Source: Amoebophrya sp. A120 (Eukaryota; Protista; Dinoflagellata). From it: a DNA stretch of 64,000 nucleotides. Location: assembly GCA_905178155.1 (NCBI GenBank), contig CAJINV010000001.1:13018635-13082634 (forward strand), in the 5' to 3' direction. A program made the translations under genes and the position numbers. Shown here piece by piece: positions 51,139-62,573 of the stretch (the first letter of the stretch is position 1; every line of letters begins with the position of its first letter). The notes under the pieces were generated by a model. The model worked only from the letters and a program-made list of their open reading frames with translations. It had not been told where the DNA came from and made no database searches.

Positions 51139-54100
51139 TTAGTCCACCTGCATGCTCTCCGGCTCCACCTTTGGGGCGGCGTCTTCGGAAGTGGTGTCTT
51201 TCGGGGCGGCGGCATTTTCGGCTTCGTTCTCGGCCTGGGTGCTGTCACCCTCGGCGTTGCTGCTTGCCATCGGTTCGTCCTTGGATTCTGCGTCCGCCTG
51301 GTGCTCACCCTCCGTCTCCACAACCGGGGCTGGTGGCGGTGCCGGCTTCGGTTCAGACATAACCTTCTTGCACTCCTTGCGCAACTCCTCAACCTTCGCT
51401 TGGATAGAGGCAGCCTGCGTGTAATTCAAAAGTTTTTGTCCAAATTCTCGTTTTCGAATTCCAAAATAGAACAAGGCCCGGCACGAACTTAGTAGAAGTG
51501 GAAGGCAAGAATGATCATGAGTATCTCGACTAACTATGATAGGTTAGGAATTGTATATTTATTGGAAGCCTCATCAACATGATAGATTAGGAATCAATAC
51601 CGTGAAAGCCGGGTCGACATCCTCATACATTTCCTTTGCGTTTTGCTTGGAATTTTGTTCCGTGCCCCATGCCTCCAGCTGTTCGACTGCCGCGAGAACC
51701 TGCTGCTTCTTCTCTACTGCGATGTGGGCGTAGCTGTGATTTGTGGTTGTAAAAAGTATTCGCATATTCTAGCGCCGCGAGTTATCGGAATTTCGCATAC
51801 TGTTGGACGGTTCAGCTTGTTCTTGAGCCGGAGCCGCCACAAAATAACACCACAAAAGATGCAAAACCAAGAATATGACTCTGCAAATGAAGTAGAAACG
51901 AAAATGCTACAACCACAAGAATCAATGAAATACTCCTCTGATGGGTTGTTCAGGGCCGTGCGGACTTCCGTGAGAGCTGCTGAGAAGATCGGCTGGTAGT
52001 TTTTCAGGTCTTCTCGGTCCTGGTGGCGCTTCATCACTGGCTTGCCTGTTCGTTGTTGAGAAATTTAAACTTATCAATCACATTTCAGTCGCCAGCATCG
52101 CCCTCGTGGTACTTCTTCACGCTCATTCTTTCTACTCATCTAGCTACTCACACCACAAAAAGTTTGGAACTTTATTGCGGCAACGAGGCAAAGGCCATTA
52201 AATTCAGAGACAAGGACAGCAGGTGTAAAAGCGAACCAAATGCAAGTTCTTTTTGATATATCGTATCTCCAACACGAGCAAGAGCACGTGCTTGGCTTTT
52301 ACTTAAATTCATCTATCACACGGCTAAACGCTTCACTTTTAAAAACTTCACTTGCTAAAAAAAATCTTTTTTTAGTGAGGTTTGGCGCTGTTGCTTACAG
52401 CATCAGCAGCTACGTGCCGACGACGGCATTGCGGCGCGTGCACCTTCTGGATCAGTGGAAGGACGACTGGGCCTTGCTTTGGGGGGTAGAGGTTGGCAGT
52501 TGACTAGTGAAGACGCCACGGCTTATAATTCTGAGAGCGAAACTCCCGAAGAGTCTTCATTTGAGTAAGATGAAAGCAAAGCGGAGACTTTTGTGTGCGA
52601 AAAAGTGAAAAAGTCGATGACTTGACAAAAAAATGAATCGCTTGTGGGTTTTTTGAGCGTAGCACCGGCCGAAGAATCAGCAAAAATCCAGAAACTGGCT
52701 CCGGTGACAAACGATTCACTTTGGCCATATTTGGCCGCCGCAGCATCGGCGCAAGCTTCCAAAAACGAGCACTTTTGAAAATCATCGAAATGGTGCATCA
52801 AAGCGATGCTTTTGTGACAAGTGCTATGTTTTTGAGGCGTTTTGGGTTGGACTCAGCTCGTGGCTGACAAGCGATTCACCTCACAAAGTTGGCCAGTTTT
52901 GGTGGCCCGAAAGTGGCTCTGTTTTTGAGGCCTTTTGGGTTGGAGCATAGGCGTGGCTGACAAACGATTCACCTCCTCGAAACAGCTGCTTTGCTTTCAG
53001 AGATCCAAAAAATCCCCCAAAGAAAATTTTTTTTAAGGAGTGAAGTTTTTAAGCGTGAAGCGTTTAGCCTTGTGATATCATCGGAGGTCAACAAATATCA
53101 TACCAATGCCCTGCAGTTCGGCGAGCTTGTCGCAGAGCTCGACAGTGGTGGCGTCAAAGTGGTCGTACAACCAATCCTCTGCGGTCTGCAGTTGCGTTGC
53201 GAATGCGGTCTTCTCATCCGGCTTCATGTATCTGCATTTTATTGTGTGTTTGCCATGAAATTTTTGACGTTTCAGACATCAGCGATGCTTCTGCTTCTTT
53301 CGGCCGGGTTCGGTTGTAACGGCGAACAGCAACAGTATAATACGCATGATTTACGTATGATAAAGATATTGGCAGCGCACTCTGCCACGCAGCCCGCTGT
53401 GTTACTCCACTTGTCCTGTCCGAGCCCGCATGCGCATACTCTTACTGTCTAAACAAGTACAAGTACGAGTAGAAAAAACAAACAAAGCACTCATCTTCAT
53501 CATGAAAAAAAACAAAAAAATACGCGCTGGCAATGCCGGAGGATGAGGTGACCTTATCTTTCATGTCGTAGATGTAGGATTCCAAGTCGTTTCTCCTGTT
53601 GTCGTTTTCCTTTACGTCGCGCGTGTCGGACTGCAACTTGGATTCAACATCCTTGAAACCGCTGAGGAGCTTCTCACTCGTGCCTGGCTGCCCCTTCACG
53701 CTTACCTGTTCATTGGATGTGGTCATAGACATAGTTTTCGAGGAAGAGAAACGAGAGCAACATATATCCCAAATACTATCTACATTTAGATTGACTGACG
53801 AAAGCACGCAAACATGGACATTAATATCATGAAAACTTTCATCTATCGAGATAGAACATCAATCATCTCGACGATGAGTCAACAAATATCCTAGAAATAA
53901 TTACGTACCGTCAATGGGGTTCGCTTCGTTCTCTTTTTCGGCTTCTTGACGTCGACCCACTCGTACTTTGGTTTTTTCTCCTCCTTTATCAACTGTAAAA
54001 ATGTCTGGGTCTGGAAGATTCTGACACTTGTCATGCACATTTGCATGACCCCTGACGTCTGTGACGCATACCCTAGCATCACAGATTTTTTGAGGGCTTC

Positions 54101-56598
54101 CTGATGCCTATACCGCATGACAAATGCTCTCTCCGTGTAGCAAAACTTGGGCTCTCTTTGCTACTCATGCAATACAGATTCTTTTAGAATCCAAAATCAG
54201 CATGACAAGTTGCATTCTTCCAGACCCAGACATTTTTACATTTGATATCCTTCTTTTCCTCCTTTTTCTCCTCGCCGTTTGCGGCGGGTTTCTCCTTTTC
54301 CTCGCCGGCGCCGCCGGTTTCCTCACCGCCCTTGTTGTCTGCGTCCGGCATGGGCACGTCCTCGGTGGAGGCCGGCGCCTCTACCTCGGGCTCGACGACC
54401 TCGCGCTTTTCCTTGACAATCTCCTCGTACTCTTCGATCTCCACGATCTGTGCGCTGTCCACGCTGAAAATGCCGTGGATGCTCATCTTGGCCTCGATCT
54501 TGATTTTCTTCTTCTCCGGCTGCTCGGGGAGCTGCACGGAGTACTGCCCGATGTTCTGCTGGTTGTGGCTGTACTGGGCTCCGATGTCGAACGGCCCGTT
54601 GCGGTACCAGGTGATGTAGCGCCGCTGATCCGTCTTGTCTTTGCTCGCGTTGAACACCTCCATTGACTTCTGTGTCAATGCCGGCTTGTCTTCCACCTGG
54701 AATCGATTGTGGAGAGGAAGGTTGGTTGGTGGAGAGAGGACCGCGATGACGAGGAAAAAAATCATCTCTCTCCTGTCTAAAAATCCAGTAAAAGCTGCAA
54801 GTACTGCTTGTGATTGACTAAGCCCAACAAGTCTGAAAAGGACAAGGATTGATTCGATTTTCCCTGCTTTCGACATAGATACGAATGGAAAAAGAAGAGA
54901 AAATCCGAACTTCAAAAAAATAACTTCAATCACAATCATACCGGTGCGGCGTCTTCCATCTGCGCATCGCCATCCTTGTCTGCCTTGTCGGCTTCGGTGG
55001 TATCCGTTTTGGAGCCCATCCAGGTAATCGTCACTCCGTGTGGAACCTTGTCCTCGATGGCAAAATCTCGCACCTTGTAGGCCGGGGACAAAATGGCCGC
55101 CATCAGCGCGCAACCACGGGCAATGCACTCATCCGCGTTCAACGTTTTTGAGAGGTCGCGGCCTGTTCGGTTTTTTTATCGAGAGATAAAAGAAGTTCGC
55201 ATTTTGCATCAGCGCTGTGCTCGGCGTGCTGGCGATCATTCATCATTATTTCTGGATTTCTTCATCGAAAAGAAGCAATCGATGTAAGTAGTTCATGTTT
55301 CATGATCAAAAGCAAAAGCTAGTACTATTCGAAATCTATACCGAGCATCTCCTTGACGATGTTTTGGAACCAGGGTACTCGACTCGCCCCGCCGATGATT
55401 TCCACGAAGTTGATATCATCAATCCCGGCCAACCCGGATTCAGTCAAACACTTGGAGATGGCCTCCCGTACGCGCTTCTGCAGGGGTTCGCACATTTTTT
55501 CGAAGTCTTCCCGGGTAACCGACCCGCTCAGGTCCTCGTCTTCCATCAAGCACTCCACGTTGATGGGTGCCTGGTCGTTGGCGGAGAGGATTTTTTTACA
55601 TTTCGTCACCGCGTCCTCCAGCTTCAGTTTAGCCTTCTTCGAGGTCAGCGGATTGCAGCCGAACTTCTTGTTGAATTGCTCGGAAAAGTGCTCGACCAGG
55701 CACTTTTCCATCTCCCGCCCGGCGCACTGGATGTCGGACACCTCGGCCAGGACGTTCAACTTGCCCTGTGTGAAGCTGGCGATGGAGATGGAAAAGCTGG
55801 AGTGCCCCATGTGGGCAAACGCGGTGATGGTGGGCTTCTCCACGTCAAAGTCCCGGGTTCGGTAGATTCCGTACGCCAGCGCCGTGGCGGTGTGTTCGTT
55901 CATCAACCGGAGGCAGTTCAAGCCCGCGATCTGCGCAGCGTCCAGCATCGCCTGACGCTGGAAGTCGTTAAAATACGACGGCACGGAGATCACCACGTCG
56001 ACGACCTGTTTTTGTGAACGAAGAGGAGAAGATAGATGGGAAATGAGCAAGAAAAATCCAAACCACATCAAGATCGGAAAAACAAAAACAGAACATAGGA
56101 ATCAAACAATAAGCTAGTATCATCTCCGTCTTCCAGCACATTAAAATGCAGTAGATTTTTTGTTCTTACCCTGCTCTGGCACCAGTTTTCGGCGGTTTCC
56201 TTCATTTTTGTCAGGTACATCGCCATGATTTGCGTGGTCGAGTACTGCTTTTCTTCCCCTTTGTAGTTGACGCGGTACGCCGCAGCGCCGTCCTCGGATC
56301 CGTCGCAGGACTCCGCCAACTGCCAAAACTTCTCCCGGGTGAGCTGCTCCTCGATGACCGCCTGTGGTCCCATGACGTGGCGGAAGTTTCGCACCGTGTT
56401 TTTGAAGTTTGACTTTTGCACGGTCGCGGCGCTGTCCCCCAAAAGGCGCTCGCGGTCGTTGAAACCGACCACGGTCGGGGTCTGCCGCTGGGACACCTCG
56501 TTTTGCACGATGTCGACGCCATTCTTACACACGTATGCGATGATACTGGTATTGGTACCGATGTCGATACCGACCGTGGTGCTTCCTTTCAACGACAT
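51139..56598 (-). CDS. Hsp110/HSPA4 (SSE1-like) chaperone and nucleotide-exchange factor, multi-exon
   Basis: [24 protein letters not shown]; [43 protein letters not shown]; [14 protein letters not shown]; acidic loop; [14 protein letters not shown]; DWLYD. Confidence 0.93.
52314..53077. mobile_element. TIR element family D (764 bp) nested inside an ordinary intron of the Hsp110 gene
   Basis: TIR tatcacacggctaaacgcttcac / gtgaagcgtttagccttgtgata; TSD TCATC at 52309-52313 and 53078-53082; internal repeats tgacaa(a/g)cgattcac x3 and tttttgaggc.ttttgggttgga x2. Confidence 0.9.
53987..54247. mobile_element. Introner family E (261 bp) in an Hsp110 exon
   Basis: TIR tatcaactgtaaaaatgtctgggtctggaaga / tcttccagacccagacatttttacatttgata; TSD TCCTT at 53982-53986 and 54248-54252; removing 266 bp joins ..EEKK|[12 protein letters not shown].. 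Confidence 0.92.
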
Positions 56599-58206
56599 TT
56601 TGTAGTTTTGCGAAATTTAATATTCAAGTAGTCTTTGGTGCTATAGCAGCTTATCTAGAAGCGAAATTTTTCGATGACGTCTAGTCTGTCTGTAGTCGTC
56701 GTGAGCGTGAAGACAACAAGAAGTGATAGATAGTTGCGTCGAAATTAGCTTTGATAAAATCACAACCAGGTGGATAAAAGGAAGCCTCAGAGTGTAGAAA
56801 ATCTACGTCGAATGCAACTAAAAAAACAATGCACAAGGCAAGGCCGCTGAACTGTAGCTGACTGGTATGTAGTTCAAAACGAAATTAGAAATGTTTGTAT
56901 GATGCCACGAGGCGAAAGGGAAAGGATCCAATCGTCCAAAAGACGGCTTGATATTTTTCTGATCTTGTTTTGTCCGTTTCGAATTTGTATTTGATCTGGT
57001 TCGATTTGGGATCTTAGCGCTTCAGACGTGTGGCCTTGCTGATCTTCTCGTCTATGGCTTGATTTTGGTAGTAGGTTCGTGTGTCTTGTGCTCTTGGATC
57101 TTATTGTGAATGACAAGCAACGCGACCAGCGAAGTCGGAAAGTTTAGGTAAAAGATGTCTAGAGTCGGAAAATTTATGAGGAAAGTCACGACTTCGCTTC
57201 AATTTTGTGGTCTTAGTTTGAGGTCACAGAAGTATTAACTGAATTAACTCCGAGCCAACTCGAAAAAAAACGGGGGTTTGGATAATATGCTCAAGTTCTG
57301 GGCGGGTTTGGGTGACTGCTGTTACTTTCTCATCGGTTCGTTCATTCAATCTTAGTATTTTTGCCGAGCATGATCAAAAACAAAATCATTCCTGCTGCTG
57401 CTGGTGATGCTTTCTTTTCGTCCTTACAGCACTACAACTACATCCTGTATTTTGTCATTAAGTAACACGACCGATTGATGCCAGCGAAGTTCCTTTAATG
57501 GCTCGCTGTAGCTGATAGATCGTGTTCCGCTTGTTGATACCATCCTCTTCCTTATTCTACCGTACTAGGTGCAACTCTTGCAAGTGGATCACGAAGTAGC
57601 AAGAGCTTCTTTTTTCTGTGCTTGTAAGCACAACATCATCGATCGTCACCGCCGGATGAGCGGGAGAACACGAGCAGGACGTGGTCATCACGTTCGCTGA
57701 GTAATAAAAAGGAGAACAAGAAAGACAGATGTTGTCCTCGTATTTGTTGGTATTGATTGTACAAACACGCCCGCGCTTCTTTTTCCGCAACTTGTTCAAT
57801 CAGTTGTGTACTACGCGGAGTTAATGTACCCGTGACATCTGCTATTTTTGCAAAATTGCGCCTGTTTGTGCTTCAGCATACTTGTGACAATTAAGAATAA
57901 GACCTCCACCTCGACCTCCACCTCATCTGTGGTGTATTATTTGTGACCTTGACTTATTAATGGAACTTGATAGCTCTACCTTTAGCTACGTGACTCGGTA
58001 CCTTATTGCACAGTAGTGCAACCACGACCTGGAAGAAAATATACACAACCAGGAGAGCAGGGAGGACGCACTTCTCCTTTCTCACTTCAATTAAAAAACC
58101 ATACAAAAAATTCCCCAGAAGGTGGTGAAGCGAAGCACGTCCCGTCCGGTTCCGGTCATTGCACCGTAGAAAAAAAAATGCTCCAGGCTGCACCGTCCTG
58201 GGAGCG

Positions 58207-61200
58207 CTATTGCACCGGCTCCTCGAAAAATTGTTGCAGCGTTTCCAGCTGGTAGTTGATGAGAAGGTGCTGCAACTCGCGTAATTTGTGCGAGGGAACC
58301 CCTTGGTGCCCGCGCATACGCCAAATATGCGTATACAGTGACACGATCAGACCGTGCAAAAAGCCTGTATTGCACAGTTTTTTTTTTTTGTGCAAGAAAT
58401 TTGTACGTAGCTTTTCCTTTTGTCCAAAGAAAGGGACCGGAGACAACGTCAAAAGATATGTTGACCACAATCGAAAAATCATGGAGATGTCTCTAGGAGG
58501 ATCATGATAAAAAGTAGTTGTACTCAATCTCTGAGGTTGCAGCTCGAATTGTTTTTGTATTCGGTCGGAGTGTGCGAGAATTTCTTGCAGCTCCGGGTCC
58601 AGAAAATCCAGCTTCTCTCCGGCCGTTTCCTGCAACTGGATCTCTTTCAAAGGCTCCACAAATTGTACCTGCCGCGTCAGAGCCTGCTGAAAGGCCAATT
58701 TCGGATGGATCAATGACAGCACATAGGGGAAGGACTCCTCCTTTACCTGAAAATGTTTCCGATCGAAGTTGCAAGACCTTTGATTTCTTTTAATTTTCTA
58801 TTTCTTTCTTTCGATGAAGATGAAGTTCTTATTTGCGCACATGTACATAAGCAAAATTTCGGCGTGAATCAGCGAGAAGATTAGTTGTACACAGTTGAAC
58901 GATCAGCATCTGACATTAAACCATCAGAACGCCCGTTCGCACTTTTCATCATTCGAGGTTGGCCTACAAGTACGTGAATGAGTGATTATAGATGAACATA
59001 AGCATAACAAGGTTGTAAGTCTAAATTATGTGGTGCTTGCAGATCGCATTTTTCTCTCGTCATTTGCACGAGACCACATTTGGATCGGATCCTCTTGTTC
59101 ATCATGTCTTCTTCAAATGCAAGAACGCAACACGGTTCACCAATGTAGAGACAATGTAGAAAAAAATCCGAAATGCAGGTAGTACGTCCACTTGAATGCT
59201 GAGCTGTATTTTCCGCGCAGTGGCCTCCCGGCTCATGGTGTCGCGAACAACGGATATCGTTGTGATGGAATCGGACCGGAACTTCGCTTGTCCCTTGCTG
59301 TATTGACACTGCAGCAACGTGCCCAAGAACGTACTCTTGTAGTTGTACAAACACGAGTCGTGGTTGGCGGGGCGAGCGGGCACGTCCGGCAGGCAGAGGC
59401 TCATCCAATGATGCATATCCATCAACGTAAAGTTTCCCGAGAGTCTCAGCTCGTTCATCGCACACTTCTCCTCGATGTCAGCAACCTGGACGAGGAGGTT
59501 GGACAAGTAGATAGAAAGTAATTTTTCACTTCCTGAATATAAGTAATTTGGCGATTGTTTCGATCGTCGAGCTTTCAAAAATATCATTCCGAAATATAAT
59601 ATGTAAATGTGTATGATGCACTACCACTATCCTGGTCAGACAACTCAGGCGGCGCTATTAGAAGTACTAGAGGCGGGCCACTTGCACTTTATTCCATATT
59701 TATACCTTTTCGTGAAGAGACAGCGGTTTGACGTTTAGATTTATCAAGTGCGCGATTTTCGGCTGCGCCTGCGGGAGCACGAAACAGGAGATGTTTCCGG
59801 TCGGTCCTTCCGTTGTGCGCATGTTGATGGCAAACCGCTTGGTTTGTTCCTGAAACCGGTAGGTGAGGAGCAAGGGGTCCTGTTGCGACTGCTTGGCCTT
59901 GGACTGAATTACGTCCACCGTCTGGCTAGGCACGTCCAGGAGATCCACCGCCGCGTCGCTGCGCACGCTGACGGAAGCTAGGTTCGACTGACACTCGATC
60001 ACCAGCTGGTAACACGCGTCCTCCGGCTTCAGTTTGAAGCTGTGCGACACCTTGGCGTGGCTCCCGGTCACCGCAATGCCCTCGCGGGAGACCTCCTGCT
60101 CGTACTTTCTCCTCTGCGCGTCTACGTCCGTCTTCAGCTTCTGGACTTCCTGCTTCAGTTGCTTAAACCGCTTGTCCTTCGTGCTCGCCACGCTCGCGTC
60201 GAGTGTCGGTGACCCGCCAGTATTCAGTGCTTCCCGCTTAGCAGTTGCAGCTGGTAGATAAATATTTTGAGACCATCGAGGAAAAAAAATAAATCAATTT
60301 TCAAAAACAGGGACGGAGACTCATATTCACTGTGCAAGATGCCTTTTTTCATTGAGCTAGTGCTCCGACCGCTTCTTCACTGACATTCTTCGGCGTGCAC
60401 AAGAATCGAAAGGTAAGCCACACGGTAGTTGGTAAAGCGCAGAGCCAGAAAAGTCTCACCTGCAGGATTGGCCCCTCCTTCGGGGCAGAGGTCTACCATT
60501 TGAGCTCCTGTAGCGTCCTGCGCCGCAGGGTCGGCAGTAAATCCAAGCACCTTCCCGGAGTAAGTCGATACAACGAGATCTTTGTACCTATAGTTCGCAT
60601 TCGGACAAAATCATACCCACACTGACACTGCCGCAAATGCTCAAGGTCAAGAAGGCCGAAAACAAAGCCAAGTTCAGTAAAGTAAAGCACGAAAAGTAGC
60701 AAAACTCTTACTCTCCAAGTGCGACGGTGCCCACGTCCAAAGATCGGACACACTCTCCGAGTTGCGTTTCAAACATAAGCCGGCAGGCCGAGGGATCTAG
60801 CTGGTTTGCGTCTTGTCCCGACAAGTTCCAGATTTCCAGCGTGCCGTCCTCCCGTGCGACACACAAATCCAACACACCGCTGCGGCCAATGTCGCCGCAA
60901 CACACGTGCGTGACCGCGGAAGCGCTGCGGCCTTTCTTCAGTCGAAAAGTTTCCCGCATTTGCCCTTCGTCGACAGCCACCACCCCCACGTCTCCTGCGT
61001 CGGTCCCAAACATACAATGAACCTGCTTCTGGCTGCCCGCTGGTCGGCTTTCAATCTCCGAACGGTCGTAAAACCCGAGCGCAGTTGCGGCAGCCCCGCT
61101 CGCGAATTCGTGGAGCATACGCTCGCCAGCGTACACTGATAATAGTCAGATATTGATATTGATCAGGTGTCACAAAATGGAACTGGGAGTGTCGGAATGC

Positions 61201-62573
61201 CACGTTTACGTAGCTTGGTCGAGGACGCTAGAAGCCCTCCCTGGCAGACTCACTTTAAGAAAGTTTAAGTACGCACGACTAAGCGGTCGAACAATATACA
61301 ACCTCTAAGTATACGTCTTACCTCGTATGAATTTGTCCTGGAACGCGAGAATGGAGGAAAGACTGCACTCAGTCGAAACTGGTGCGCACAGGAGGTCGTT
61401 TATTCGGTCGGGGCACATCACGAACCCCGCGTCCCGGCAGTTGTCGTACAAATTCATGATGTACTCGCCGCCCGTCCATATGGTGGTGTCGTCCGCGAAC
61501 AGATGGTGGATGGTTTCGGTCAGGTTGGTCTTGATTTTCAGAAACTCCTTTCCCTTTCGCGTGAAGCCCTGGATGCTTTGGCCGCAGGCAGCAAAGATCT
61601 TGTCGCGGCCGGACTGCAGGACCACTTTGGTGATCTCCCGCCCGAGGTTCTGCGACTTCCATTCGATTTGTGTCTCGCCTCGTTTTAGGTAAAACACCGT
61701 CAGCACACCGGAGTCGTCGCCTACGCACACTTTCTGTTGCTTTTTCTTCGCCAGAGGTAGCACACACAGCTATCAAGACAGAGCAACCTCCGCAAGAAGC
61801 AAGAAACAAAAATGCAAGTACGTCCGTAGGAGCCAAAGGTCGTAGCCTAGTACATGTACAACCAACATCAACAGTGACCAGGAGTTCCTCCAAAGCTGCA
61901 TATCATGCACGTAGGTATGGGTCGAAGACTCCGAGTGAACCTGGATAGAAGGTGGGCAAGTAGGCACGTAACTAATGCCTTCCTACAGCTACAATAGATG
62001 CTAGAGTCAATGTCCAGCTTCTTGCGGTGCTGTTCTTGCGAAAGATACAAGCGTGTTTCGGTTCATGGGCCCCAGCTGGAGGAAATCCAGCCGATGGATG
62101 TCCATGTCGAACGTATGGCGTTCTCAAATGTTACATTCTCAGCTGTTGCCTGATTTGTCATGCTTAACAGACTGCGCTACCGAGCCCGGGGGGGTGCGGG
62201 GTCCGAGGGGTGCACAAAGCACAGCCCGGAACACCCGAACATGCCCCGCGACTGGCACAGGACCAGCAACGCAACTATTATCGTCGATCTCAGTTTGTCG
62301 ATCACGACGTAGCTGCGAAGCCGTCCATACGCCTGGCGCCCCAAGCCCAACCCAACCCCCGAGGCCTGATTTGTCATGCAAAATTCCAATCAGAATTGAC
62401 ACGACCAAGCTGCTTCGCATGACAAATTCCCGAAGGGACAAACAGGATGAGAATCTGCGCCAAATCTGTCACGCAAGAGGCGCAATCTTCCCCCTTTCAG
62501 TTTTGCCATTCTTGCATCACAAATTCATGCAACAGTTGACAATGTAACGTTTGAGAACGCCATAGAACGACAT
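58207..62573 (-). CDS. BBS7: Bardet-Biedl syndrome 7 protein (BBSome subunit), multi-exon
   Basis: MSFDMDIHRLDFLQLG..; QKVCVGDDSGVL; DKIFAACG..GFTRKGKEF..TNLTETI; VKPLSLHEK; MNELRLSGNFTLMDMHHWMSLCLPDVP; YKSTFLGTLLQCQYSKG..FRSDSITTISVVRD. Confidence 0.92.
62114..62564. mobile_element. Introner family F (451 bp) at codon 3 of BBS7
   Basis: TIR tatggcgttctcaaatgttacattctcagctgttgc / gcaacagttgacaatgtaacgtttgagaacgccata; TSD GAACG at 62109-62113 and 62565-62569; removing 456 bp gives AAA ATG TCG TTC GAC ATG GAC. Confidence 0.9.

Noticed and set aside
1888-61139. Numerous plus-strand ORFs (e.g. 1937..2806, 22436..23239, 55295..56017)
   Set aside because: Antisense shadows of GC-rich minus-strand exons; no recognisable domains
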